Source: Mobula hypostoma
Taxonomy: Eukaryota
Length of the DNA stretch: 64,000 bases
Reading direction: 5' to 3'
NCBI RefSeq assembly: GCF_963921235.1
Contig: NC_086108.1
Coordinates: 20,398,001 to 20,462,000 of the forward strand
In this document: positions 51,370 through 64,000 of the stretch, piece after piece
Layout: each line of letters begins with the position of its first letter
How positions within the stretch are numbered: the stretch's first letter is position 1
Notes under the pieces: generated by a model
What the model saw: only the letters and a program-made list of their open reading frames with translations
Database searches by the model: none
Told to the model about the DNA's origin: nothing
Program-made: the position numbers and the translations under genes

Positions 51370-51950
51370 GCAGACCATAAGGTAAGGCATGACTAACTAA
51401 TCCAGTTGAATTTTTGGAGTGATCACCAGGATGGTGCATGGGAATTCAAAAATGTTTCTGTTGAATTTCAGGTGTAAGGTGCCATGCATAAATTTGAATA
51501 TGGAGCTGGAAGCAACTTAATGTTATGTATTAATGCTTAGTTAAAAGGTGGGAGATATAAAATAGGAATAAGTGGATCATCCGCTGATTTGCAGGGTGTG
51601 ATTAGTGATATTCCTCAAAGGTCATTACTAGACTATCAAATTTTGACAACATTTGTCTCATATGCAGGAAAAGTTTTATAAATCTGTTTTTGCATTGAGT
51701 AATAACATGCGAGTAAAAAGCATGAAGTGACAAAAAGACTGACTTATGGAGCGAATGGGGATTGCAATGGAAATATGATTTAATGTAGGATTTTGAGGAT
51801 ATCAACTTCTGAACCACGAGAGTTAAGTTAGAGCATTTTCTTGGTACTAGAAAGCGGCTTTGAACCAGAGAGAGTATGAACCAAAAATTTAGCTGTTAAT
51901 GCAGAATGAATTCACTAGAATAAATGAGGAAAAATAGCTAAATTGCTGCC
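51370..51950 (+). mobile_element. Very old CR1 RT fragment
   Basis: LTNPVEF, VISDIPQRSLL and WGLQWK-like remnants. Confidence 0.55.
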
Positions 51951-52611
51951 AGATCTCCCTCTGAGATTCTTTTAAAATATAGTTCTTATTCTATAGTTCC
52001 TATGACGGACCTTTGGACCAATAATGGTCTTGCGTAACTCTGTCCAATTAGAAACAAGATCTTTTGTCATATCTTGTATGGAATTATCCACCTGAGTACA
52101 AAGTGTTAAATGGAGAAATTAAAACTCTCAAAGTGAGATGGGAGAGATGGGAGAGTCAATGCACAAAGGAACAGTTTTCTGATAAAGTTGAGCCCATAAA
52201 TGTATAATATTGAAAACCATAAACACAATATAGCACTTTAGAACCATGTGACAAAATAATGAAGAAACATGGTACAACTGGTACGTTTAGTACCAGGACC
52301 GCACCGGGAGCGGGGAAGGCTTTGGGTCTGTGTGCGTTACTTGGAGGAGGAGGGTAAGGAATCGACAATCAGATCAAACAGAGCAAATTAGGGGCGTCTT
52401 ACACCAACAACAATTGCTTCTTTAGCACCCCAGCTATTTAAGAAATTGTCTAAATTTACAAAAAGAGGATATATTCTTCAATGCCTAAAGGTCAAAATCG
52501 TAAATGCAAATACTTGCAGTCTGTTTGCAGAATTGAATATAATGTAACAGGAACCGGTAGGGAGTCTGCAGGCATTAATGTGGCCATAGAAAATGAACTA
52601 TTGGTCATATA

Positions 52612-52668
52612 CACTCAGTAACCACTTTATTAGGTACAGGAGGTACCTCATAAAGTGGCCCCCGAGTG
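52612..52668. mobile_element. 57-bp Tc1-type MITE (TIRs only)
   Basis: TA|CACTCAGTAACCACTTTATTAGGTAC-AGGAG-GTACCTCATAAAGTGGCCCCCGAGTG|TA. Confidence 0.85.
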
Positions 52669-54055
52669 TAAATAAAATTACTGAGCAGTGGTATTAGGAA
52701 AGAGATTACAGGGCGTATTATTGAATGATTGTTTAGAACTGCACTCCTTCAGGGGTGGGAACTATGCTTAGGTGCAGTTTGAACTTAAGGACATGTAGCT
52801 GTTGTTGAACGGGAGATAATATGAAAGCTAGTCAGTAACAGGTATCTAGATTCAGATTGTGTTTAAGTACATTAGAACATATTCTTAGATATTCTATGTG
52901 AAATTGCATCTTTAAGTAGTGCCTGCTGTTTATGTTCAGTTTCAGAACCTTTATAAGTGCAGTTTCTTAAATCCTGTTTTGTTTTGGAAATGATTTAAAC
53001 TGGGAATAGTCAAAAAATGTAAGTGTTAGTTTTTTAAAAGGTACAGCTAAATAAACTACAGATTGCTTTTAAAAGAACTGGATTACAGCAAAGGTAGATT
53101 TTATTTCATGAGTTTAAGCTAGTCAGTAGATGATAATTCATATTTTCCATTATCTGAGGAAAAAAGCAATGTATTACAATTCTCTACATTTGTTTTATAA
53201 GCATATGTTCTTTGACTTTCTGTATGTGCCTTTTATTTAAAGAATATTGCTCTGAATTTATATTGGCAGGAGTAAGGACAGGAATTCCTCAACAGTTGTG
53301 TGCAATTCCAGTTAATTTTGAGAGTTATAAATGAGTCTACTTCTAGACATGGCATACCCATATATTAAAAATTAGTAATGATGTCAAATGAAATGACATT
53401 TTTAAAAATAGTTGTTGCTTTCCTTTATGTTGACTAGTTATGGTTCCTGAGGTTCCACTTCACTTTGGATACCTAAGATAGACTTTGTAGAGTAGAAAAT
53501 GTTGAAAAGCAGTGAATAAGTTTGAATCTACATTCCCTAGGCTGAGGTACTCTCAATCTATGGAATATAGAGTCCATACATTGACATACATATTCAGAGG
53601 TTAGCCCTTTCTGCTAATTGTTCAAACTGTTTGAATTTTGATGGTTATTTTCCTGAAAGAGACAAATTAATCTTTTGGGATCTTAAATAGATTCTGCTCT
53701 TCCCTTAGTGTAAAAGTCGCCGTCTGAACCCTTAGTGCCTTTAGTGTAAAATCTGGTAGCATTAATGTCTTGACATGTCAAGACACAAAACAAGCATCCA
53801 GCTTGGAGAATCTGAGAACATACTGCAGTTGCAGATTACCTTAATTTCAGACTCTTCAATATGCTTGGATGTAAGATGTCCACGCTGTTTATTATTTTCT
53901 GGAAACAAATATACAAGGGGAAATTTAAGAAGTCCAACAGAAAATAAAATCCTGACTGAGAGTTAGAAAAAGAGAAATGACTTCATCAATTCTACTACAT
54001 ATCAAGGAATAAACATTTAATTGGAGTAATAAAAACTGAATTTCACACTTGCTGT

Positions 54056-55740
54056 GTACATACATCTATTGATGCTTCTGGACACATCTTCAGTGATGTT
54101 CCTGGAATCATCGGGTGTTTCGGGTCTTTCAACATCATACAACCTCCTCCAGGTGACCCAGCCGGGGCTGATCAGACCCCAGCTTGTGTCCAGATGGCTA
54201 GCTACTTATGACTCATGGCTCCCCTCTTTTGAGCCACAGCCATCTTGAGGCCCTCTCTGCCGCATCGGTGGTACCGTGGATGGCTCTCCTCTGCCTCTCT
54301 CCCTCGATGCCCAAAATGCTGAAGGCTCTAACTAAAGAACGGGCTGCGAATCCCCTACAACCAACCTCCACTGGGAGACACCTCGGTCTCCATCCAGCCT
54401 GCTGACAGTTGCTGACCAGTCCTGCGTACTTGGAGAGCTTCCTTTCAAAGGCCTCTTCCAAGCTATCTTCCCATGGGACTGTCAGCTCCAGCAGCACCAC
54501 TTGCTTAGTAGACTCAGACACTAGGACAATGTCTGGTCGCAGGGTGGTGGCTGCGATATGGTTGGGGAACTTCACCTGCCCTTCGAGGTCCACCAACAGC
54601 TGCCAGTCCCTTGCAGAGGTCAGAATGCCTGCAGATGTTCTTTTGGCAGGTGTTGGCTGCTCCCCAACTCTGTCAAAGGCAATGGTCTGCTTGGAGGGTC
54701 GGGACTGCTTTGCCCACTCAACTCCTGTGCTGATGGCTTCAGCGATGGTCTTCAGGACCTGTTCATGCCTCCATCAGTATCGTCCCTCACCAAGTGCCCT
54801 TGCGCAGCTGCTGAGCTGCTCCAGGGTTCCTGGCTTGGAGCACAGTGGGCACACGGGTGACTCTGCCTTGCCCCATGTGTGCAGGTTTGATGGGCTTGGA
54901 AGCACATCATACACTGCCTGGATGAGAAATTAGATGCGGTGTGGTTCAGCTTTCCAAAGATCAGCCCAGGTCACTTTCCTCTCAACCGCATTCTCCCATC
55001 TTGTCCAAGCTCCCTGTTGCTTCATTCCCACCGCCTTGCAGGCTCTCGTGTCCTCCACTACTGCTCTCACCTCCTCCTGAACTAGACGATGCCTTTCCTT
55101 CCCTCTGGTGTCCATTTGGGGAGCTGGAAAGGATCCTAGCCCAGCTCGGCCTCGTGTGACCACTCCCACCAGCCTCCTGTGACTCAGCCTCGCCTCTGCC
55201 TCCTGAACAGCTTCCTCTGCCCTCCACTTCCTGCCAGTACTTACTTGGATCCCTGCTCTAACCACCTTCGGGTCACTTGAGTCCCTATACTGTAGCACTG
55301 CTCTGGCTCTTGTTACCTTGAATTCTTCCTCCAAGGATTTGAAGGGCATTTGCAGTGTGTTGTGGTGTCCATAGAGTGCGATGCTGCTCAGGCTCTTTGG
55401 CAGCCCCAGCCATCTCCTGAGGTGGTTGCTAACCCTCCTCTCTAAGGTTTCAACTGTCGAGATCGGAACTGCATAGACGAGAGGGGCCACAGGATTCTGG
55501 GAAAAATGCCATGCTGATACACCCAGGCTTTAAACTTCCCAGGTAAGCTAGACTTGTCCACAGATTTCAGCCAGCCATCCAACTCGGTGCAGGTTGCCTG
55601 AATGGATGTTGTGTCCCTTAAAGAACTGTCAAAAACTTTGCCTAAGCTCTTGACTGGCTTTTCTGTGATGGTTGGGATGGCTGTGCCTGCGATGCTGAAC
55701 CGGAACTTGTTTTCCATCTTCCCTTTCCTCAGCACCATCG
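54056..55740 (-). mobile_element. Hero-clade non-LTR retrotransposon with restriction-like endonuclease, 5'-truncated
   Basis: PVKSLGK...LPGKFKAW, zinc-knuckle-like CPECSKPGTLEQLSSC, RHEQVLK, RPDIVLVS...ELTVPWE, KLSKY and VEVGCRG. Confidence 0.88.
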
Positions 55741-55928
55741 AGCTTGGCAGTCATCCCCAGAATAGTTTAACAAATTTAACATAATATTTGGTTCACGTGT
55801 CACATTGGTACAGTACATTTTAAAATAGACATATTTCACCTACATTTTCCATTTTGAAAACTGTAATGTGCAGTAAAGTTCTTCCAATTTTCATGAATGC
55901 ATACTAATAGGGATTTAAGGGAGTGCGC

Positions 55929-58900
55929 ACTAGACACTAGACACCAGAACACTACAGCACAGTACAGGCTCTTTGGCCCTCGATGTTGTGCTGATCCATA
56001 TATTCCTTTAAAAAAAATGTACTAAACGCACACTACCCCGTAACCCTCTATTTTTCTTTCATCTATGTGCCTGTCCAAGAGGCTCTTAAATACCTCTAAC
56101 GTTTTAGCCTCCACCACCATCCCTGGCAAGTCGTTCCAGGCACCCACAACCCTCTGTGTAAAAAACTTACCCCTGATGTCTCTCCTAAACTTCCCTCCCT
56201 TAACTTTGTACATATGCGCTCTGGTGTTTGCTATTCATGACCTGGGAAACAGGTACTGGCTATCCACCCTATCTATGCCTCTCATAATCTTGTAGACCTC
56301 TATCAAGTCCCCTCTCATCCTTCTATGCTCTAAAGAGAAAAGCCCCAGCTCTGCTAACCTTGCCTCATAAGACTTGTTTTCCAATCCAGGCAACATCCTA
56401 GTAAATCTCCTCTGCACCCCCTCCATAGCTTCCACATCCTTCCTATGATGAGGTGACCAGAAGCCAGAACTGAGCACAATACTCTAAGTGTGGTCTAACC
56501 AGAGATTTGTAGAGTTGCAACATGACCTCTCTACTCTTGAACTCAATCCCCCTATTAATGAAGCCTAGCATCCCACAGTGTTCTGCGGCGACACTGGTGC
56601 CAAGCTGTATGGGTCCTAATGCCTTTCCCTTGGACAACATCGGCGTCGTGGAGAGGGAAGACTTGTAGCATGGGCAACTGCTGGTCTTCCATACAACCTT
56701 GCCTAGGCCCGCGCCCTGGAGAGTGAAGACTTTCCAGGTGCAGATCCATGGTCTCGCAAGACTAACGGATGCCTTTATAAGCATCCCATAGGCCTTCTTA
56801 ACTATCCTATCAACCTGTGCAGCGACCTTGAGGGATGTATGGATTTGAAACCCAAGGTCCCTCTGTTCATCTACACTCTTAAGTAACCGAACATTAAGCC
56901 TGTACTCAGCATTCTGGTTTGTCCTTCCAAAATGCATCACCTCACACTTATTCGGATTGAACTCCATCTGCCACTTTTCTGCCCAACTCTGCATCCTGTC
57001 TATATCCTCTTGTAACCTTTGACAACCTACAGCTCCATCCACGACTACTCCAATCTTCGTGTCATCCGCAAACTTACTCACCCATCCTTCCGCCTCTTCA
57101 TCCAGGTCATTTATAAAAATCACAAAGAGCAGGGGTCCCAGGACAGACCCTTGCGGCACTCCACTAGTCACTGACCTCCAGGAAGAATACTTTCCTTCCA
57201 CTACTACCCTCTGCTTTCTTCCTTTAAGCCAATTTTTTATTCAAACAGCCAAGGTTCCACTCATCCCATGCCTCATAACCTTCTGGATGAGTCTCTCATG
57301 GGGGACCTTGTCAAATGCCTTGCTAAAATCCATGTAGACCACATCTACCTACCTACTGTCATCAATTTCTTTTGTTATCTCTTCAAAAAACTCAATTAGG
57401 CTCGTGAGGCATGACCTTCCCTTCACAAAGTCACGTTGACTATCCTTGAGTAGACTGTACTTCTCCAAGTGCTTGTAGATCCTTTTCTTAAGGATCCTTT
57501 CCAATAGTTTGCAGACCACCGACGTAAGACTCACCAGTCTATAGTTCCCAGGATTCTGCCTATTACCTTTTTAAAACAAGGGAACTACATTTGCTATTCT
57601 CCAATCCTCCGGCACCTCCCCTGCAGCCAAAGAGGATTCAAAGATCATAGCTACTGCTCTAGTGATCTCTTCTCTCACTTCCCACAGCAAACTGGGGTTT
57701 ATCACGTCCGGCCCTGGGAACTTATCAATCTTGTTGTTTTTAAAAAGATCCAACTCTTCTTCTTCCTTAATCTCCACATTGTCCAGCACACAGGCCAGTT
57801 CTATTTTGACCTCACCCTGATCAAGGTCCTTTTCACTTGTGAATACTGAAGCAAAGTATTCATTTAGGACCACCCCAACCTCCTCCACCTCCAGGCACAT
57901 GTTGCCTTCTTTATCCTTTAGCGGCCCCACCTTCATTCTTGTCATCCTTCTGTTCTTCACATACGCACAGAACGCCTTGGGGTTCTCCTTAATCCTACAA
58001 GCCAAGGCCTTCTCATGCCCCCTTCGAGCTCTCCTAATTCCTTTATTAAGCTCCTTCCTGGCTACCCTATATTTCTCATGAGCCCCTCCTGCATCCTGCT
58101 TCTTATATCTAAGATATGCTTCCTTCTTCCTCTTGACAAGTTGCCTCACGTGTTTCATCAGCCAAGGTTCCCTTTCCTATCATTTTTTCCTTGTCTCAAT
58201 GGGACAATCCTATCCTAAACTCAGCACAAGTGGTCCCTAAACTTCCTCCACATTACTTCTGTGTTTTCACCCTTGAACATCTGTTTCCAATTTACTCTTG
58301 CTAGTTTCTGCCTCATTCCTTCATAGTTAGCCCTTTCCCAGTTAAGCACTTTCCCATTTTGTCTGTTTTTATCCTTTTCCATAGCTATGCTGAAGCTATG
58401 GGAGTTGTGGTCATTCTCACCAAAACGCTCCCCCACCAAGAGGTCTGCCACCTGACCAGGTTCATTACCCAGAACTGGATCCAGTATGGCCTCTCCTCTC
58501 GTCGGCCGGTCCACATATTGTGTTAGGAGTGCTTCTTGAACACACCTGACAAATTCAGCCCCACCTATTCCCCTTGCAGTCTGGAGGTGCCAGTCAATAT
58601 GAGGGAAGTTGAGATCATCCATAACTACAACCCTGTATTTCCTGCACCATTCTAAAATCTACCTGCTTATCTGCTCCTCGGTGTCCCGAGGGCTATTTGG
58701 GGGCCTATAAGACTACTCCCAGCACAGTGATTGAACCCTTCCTATTTCTGACTTCCACCCGCACCGACTCAGTGGACACTTCCTCTGCAGCGTCCTCCCT
58801 TTCTATAGCCCTGATACTATCCTGAAAATGCTACTCCCCCCCTTTTCTACCTCCCATCCTATTCCTTTTAAAACACCTAAACCCCTGCATCAGCCAATCC

Positions 58901-59572
58901 TGCCCTTCCTCCAGCCAAGTTTCTGTAACAGCCACAACATCGTAGTTCCACGTACTGATCCATGCTCTAAGTTCATCCCCTTTTTTCCTAATACTCCTAG
59001 CATTGAAATAGACACATTTCAACCCCTCTAACTGGCTACATTTATGTTTTGTCCCCGCCTGTCCTTCCTCACCAACTCAGAACACATAGCATCATGCCCT
59101 TGTCCTTCTGCCCTAATCTCTGCACTCACATTCTGATTCCCAACCCCCTGCCAAGCTAGTTTAAACCCTCCCCTACAGCTCTAGAAAACCTGCCCACCAG
59201 GATATTGGTCCCTTTCCAATTCAGGTGCAGCCCATCCTTTTTGTACAGGTCAGACCTTCCCCAGAAGAGATCCCAATGATACAGAAATCTGAACCCCTGC
59301 CTCCTGCACCAACTCTTCAGCCACGCGTTCGTCTGCCATAACTTCCGGTTCCTACCCTCTCTGACTCATGGCACAGGCAGCAATCCCGAGATTACCACCC
59401 TTGAGGTCCTACTTTTCAACTTCTTTCCTAACTCCCGATATTCCTTCTTCAGGACCTCATCCCTACTCCTATCTATGTCATTGGTCCCCACGTGGACCAC
59501 GACATCTGGCTGCTCACCCTCTCTCCTAAGAATACCGAGAACTCGATCCGAGATATCACGGACCCTGGCACA
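55929..59572 (-). mobile_element. CR1 LINE, 5'-truncated in the ORF1 esterase, ORF2 disrupted
   Basis: ACTAGACACTAGAC tail, RT (FADD), APE (NARSI, ETWL) and HVGTND. Confidence 0.94.
56579..56779 (+). mobile_element. 5'-truncated copy of the RTE-tailed SINE, inserted in the CR1 RT
   Basis: TSD AGCATCCCAYAG at 56567-56578 and 56780-56791. Homologous to ~30348-30540. Confidence 0.88.
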
Positions 59573-60678
59573 ATTGATGGGAGAAAGCAACTGAAGATAT
59601 GGAAGAGAAGTAGAGAATGCCAAACCAAACAGAAGCATAGTACTACTCTCTTAGGTGAATGAAAAATTTGGGAGTACATTCTACATAATGGCAGAAAGCA
59701 ATAAGAATGGTTCATTAGTAGCTTTTTCTTAGAGAGGTTTTTTTCTCCTCTGAAGCCAAAATGTGGCTTGGACTCAGTGCAAAGAACTGGGATACTGTAT
59801 GCGTGTTCAAGTCAGATTGCTTATGAGTGAAGCAAAGCATGGCTCCTTTGCTCTGAAGAATAGTTTAGAGAGGAGCACAATCATTTGACAACAGTACCTC
59901 ACAAAAAGGTTACCAGGGCTTGAGAGAGAGGGTGACAGGTGGAGAGAAACTGAGTTAACGAACTAAATCATCAAGATACTGATACCAGTAGAAAAGAAAC
60001 CACTTTGAAAGCAGTTAGATCAAAACTGTAAATCAAACTTGTGAGTAAAGAGATAAACAGATTCCAAATTAATTCAGTAGATGGCTAAGAAGGCAATAGC
60101 TTGAAATAGTTCTCTAAAGGATGGATATGTTTAAAAAGAAGCAGTGGAGTAGTCTTTTTGTTTGTATTTACTTCAGAAAACAGGGAAGAGAGCAAGTCCA
60201 CTCCATCACAATATGTTCCAGTTTTAATTCTTCTGATACAAATATATTGGATTAAAGATTTTGAAAAACATTCTTTAGAATATAATTGTTAATAATTTGG
60301 TTTGATGGCAAACCTATTTATGTAATTAATTTATGTTATAACATGCTTTAAATTGAATACAATAATGCAGATCAACTCCTGACTAATGGGAAGGATGTGT
60401 GAGGGTGTGAGTGTTTGAAGTACCTTAATTTCAGAGCAGCACATACATTTGAGATGGGACAAGATACAAGTGGTTAATTAGAGAAATAATATTTCTAAAA
60501 ATACATTTGAAAAGCCTATGTAATCTACTTGAAAGATAGTTTACAATGCATAAGGTTACAGGTTGCTCTTAAAGGTGGGTTCATGAATTTATCAGTGACA
60601 AAATGTCTTATGTAATTTCTCATAGCCTAAACTTATGTGAGAAGAAAACAATGAAGAACTGTAGTACAGCTGGTCTAT

Positions 60679-60752
60679 CCTTAAGGTTGTCATAGCCAGG
60701 GGAGGTGGTCGGGATAAGCTCCCATTACTTATTAAAAGCTGTAAAGGCATGC
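60679..60752 (+). mobile_element. Isolated 5' end of the 39303-type element
   Basis: CCTTAAGGTTGTCATAGCCAGGGGAGGTGGTCGGGATAAGCTCCCATTAC aligns with 39307-39356. Confidence 0.7.
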
Positions 60753-61199
60753 ATCCCTGGTTTAAGATGGTGCTGGTGAAACACAGTGACACCTTACTGG
60801 CAGCAAACAAAACTACTAGCTACTTCATTAATCACACCATTTCTGGAAAGCGATCACTGCAATCAATAGCCTGTAACTTTTCTTTTGGAGCTGAGCTTTT
60901 AAACCGCCTGTATAACTTGGCATTTTTGCGGTGTGAACTGAAATCTTGAATGTACAGGACAGTTACGGAGTGGCGTGTATTGGCTGAATCAAGGAGGCAG
61001 AGTCCGTGTGCAAGAGTGAGGAATGAGCCAATCTTTGGCCATTGCTGGAGCAATCGGAGCCAATCAGACGTGGCAGATCCAGGGTGAGGTAGAGTCAAGG
61101 CAGTAAGGCATGTGCTAGAGAGCGCAGAATGAGCTAGTGTTTGACCAATTTAAGTGCTGGGCCAGATGGGAAAGGTTGGGTATGGGCCAAGGTTGGGTA

Positions 61200-64000
61200 T
61201 GGCGGGAAGATTTGCGAGGGCTACTGAGGTGACTTTAAACTAGAATGGTTGGGGGGTGGGGATCAAATTAAAGAGACTAGGAGAGAGGAGGTTAGTTCAC
61301 AACAGAGGGATGGGAACAAGTGCAGAGAGACAGAGGGGTGTAAAATGAGGGTAGAAGCGAGAAGTAGTAAGGTGAAAAGTGAAAGTGGCAGGCCAGCAAA
61401 TCCAGGGCAAAAATCAAAAAGGGCCACTTTTCAACATAATTGTATGAGGGCTAAGAGTGTTGTAAAAGCAAGACTGAAGGCTTTGTGTGTCAATGCAAGG
61501 AGCATTCGTAACAAGGTATGAATTAAAAGTGCAGATTGTTATTAATGAATATGATATAGTTGGGATCACAGAGACATGGCTCCAGGGTGACCAAGGATGG
61601 GAGCTCAATATTCGGGGATATTCAATATTCAGGAGGGAGAGACATGAAAGAAAAGGAGGTGGGGTAGCATTGCTGGTTAGAGAGGAGATTAACACAATAG
61701 AAAGGAAGGACATTAGCCGGGAGGATGTGGAATCAATATGGGTAGAGCTGCATAACACTAAGGGGCAGAAAACACTGGTGGGAGTTGTGTACAGGCCACC
61801 TAACAGTAGTAGTGAGGTTGGGGATGGTATTAAACAGGAAATTAGAAATGTGTGCAATAAAGGAACAGCAGTTATAATGGGTGACTTCAATCTACATGTA
61901 GATTGGGTGAACCAAATTGGTAAGGGTGCTGAGGAAGAGGATTTCTTGGAATATATGCGGGATGGTTTTTTGAACCAACATGTCGAAGAACCAACTATGG
62001 AGCAGGCTATTCTAGACTGGGTATTGAGCAATGAGGAAAGGTTAATTAGCAATCTTGTCATGAGAGGCCCTTGGGTAAGAGAGACCATAATATGGTGGAA
62101 TTCTTCATTAAGATGGAGAGTGACATAGTTAATTCAGAAACAAAGGTTCTGAACTTAAAGAAGGGTAACTTTGAAGGTATGAGACGTGAATTAGCTAAGA
62201 TAGACTGGCAAATGACACTTAAAGGGTTGACGGTGGATATGCAATGGCAAGCATTTAAAGATCGCATGGATGAACTACAACAATTGTTCATCCCAGTTTG
62301 GCAAAAGAATAAATCAGGGAAGGTAGTGCACCTGTGGCTGACAAGGGAAATTAGGGATAGTATCAATTCCAAAGAAGAAGCATAGAAATTAGCCAGAAAA
62401 AGTGGCTCACCTGAGGACTGGGAGAAATTCAGAGTCCAGCAAAGGAGGACAAAGGGCTTAATTAGGAAAGGAAAAGAAGATTATGAGAGAAAACTGGCAG
62501 GGAACATAAAAACTGACTGTAAAAGCTTTTATAGATACGTGAACAAAAAAAGATTGGTTAAGACAAATGTAGGTCCCCTACAGACAGAAACAGGTGAATT
62601 GATTATTGGGAGCAAGGACATGGCAGACCAATTGAATAACTACTTTGGTTCTGTCAAAGGAGGACACAAACAATCTTCCGGAAATGGTAGGGGACCGAGG
62701 GTCCAGTGAGATGGAGGAACTGAGGGAAATACATGTTAGTAGGGAAGTGGTGTTAGGTATTGAAGGGATTAAAGGCAGATAAATCCCCAGGGCCAGATGG
62801 TCTGCATCCCAGAGTGCTTAAGGAAGTAGCCCAAGAAATAGTGGATGCATTAGTGATAATTTTTCAAAACTCTTTAGATTCTGGACTAGTTCCTGAGGAT
62901 TGGAGGGTGGCTAATGTAACCCCACTTTTTAAAAAAGGAGGGAGAGAGAAACCGGGGAATTATAGACCGGTTAGCCTAACATCGGCGGTGGGGAAAATGC
63001 TAGAGTCAGTTATCAAAGATGTGATAACAGCACATTTGGAAAGCCGTGAAATCATCGGACAAAGTCAGCATGGATTTGTGAAAGGAAAGTCATGTCTGAC
63101 GAACCTCATAGAATTTTTTGAGGATGTAACTAGTAGAGTGGATAGGGGAGAACAAGTGGATGTGGTATATTTGGATTTTCAAAAGGCTTTTGACAAGGTC
63201 CCACACAGGAGATTAGTGTGCAAACTTAAAGCACACGGTATTGGGGGTAAGGTATTGATGTGGATAGAGAATTGGCTGGTAGACAGGAAGCAAAGAGTGG
63301 GAATAAACGGGACCTTTTCAGAATGGCAGGCAGTGACTACTGGGGTACTGCAAGGCTCAGTGCTGGGACCCCAGTTGTTTACAATATATATTAATGACTT
63401 AGATGAGGGAATTAAATGCAGCATCTCCAAATTTGCGGATGACACGAAGCTGGGCGGCAGTGTTAGCTGTGAGGAGGATGCTAAGAGGATGCAGGGTGAC
63501 TTGGATAGGTTAGGTGAGTGGGCAAATTCATGGCAGATGCAATTTAATGTGGATAAATGTGAGGTTATCCACTTTGGTGGCAAAAACAGGAAAACAGATT
63601 ATTATTTGAATGGTGGCCGATTAGGAAAAGGGGAGGTGCAATGAGACCTGCGTGTCATTATATATCAGTCATTGAAAGTGGGCATGCAGGTACAGCAGGC
63701 GGTGAAAAAGGCGAATGGTATGCTGGCATTCATAGCAAGAGGATTTGAGTACAGGAGCAGGGAGGTACTACTGCAGTTGTACAAGGCCTTGCTGAGACCA
63801 CACCTGGAGTATTGTGTGCAGTTTTGGTCCCCTAATCTGAGGAGAGACATCCTTGCCATGGAGGGAGTACAAAGAATGTTCACCAGATTGATTCCTGGGA
63901 CGCCAGGATTTTCATATGATGAAAGACTGGATTGACTAGGCTTATATTCGTTGGAATTTAGAAGATTGAGGGGGATCTTATTGAAACGTATAAAATCCTA
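61200..64000 (+). mobile_element. CR1 LINE (ORF1 end + disrupted ORF2), running off the window
   Basis: AGRFARATEVTLN* ORF1 end, APE at 61487-62128 and RT at 62760-63644 with FADD. Confidence 0.94.

Noticed and set aside
1..64000. CRISPR array, operon or other prokaryotic system
   Set aside because: No repeat-spacer array or gene-dense region; the content is vertebrate transposon DNA.

Overview
Eukaryotic, repeat-dominated, most likely intronic or intergenic DNA. The repeat set (CR1 LINEs with an esterase ORF1, HE1/V-SINEs, a SacSINE1-like DeuSINE remnant, Rex1, Penelope, Hero) points to a cartilaginous fish; this is an inference. No intact cellular gene is supported, and nearly every ORF in the track is a transposon fragment or its antisense shadow. 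Well over half of the window is nested mobile DNA: four long CR1 copies, a complete hAT/Charlie element with an 8-bp TSD, an old two-LTR Gypsy carrying many later insertions, a solo LTR, Tigger/mariner/Tc1 MITEs, a Penelope element with a hammerhead ribozyme, an RLE-type Hero element and several SINEs. The most unusual item is a 550-bp TSD-flanked non-autonomous RTE-like retroposon (9998-10547). It carries a 177-bp piece of what I recognise as the ZFTRAF1/CYHR1 coding region in circularly permuted order, as expected from capture of a small DNA circle. Boundaries of old, decayed repeats are approximate.
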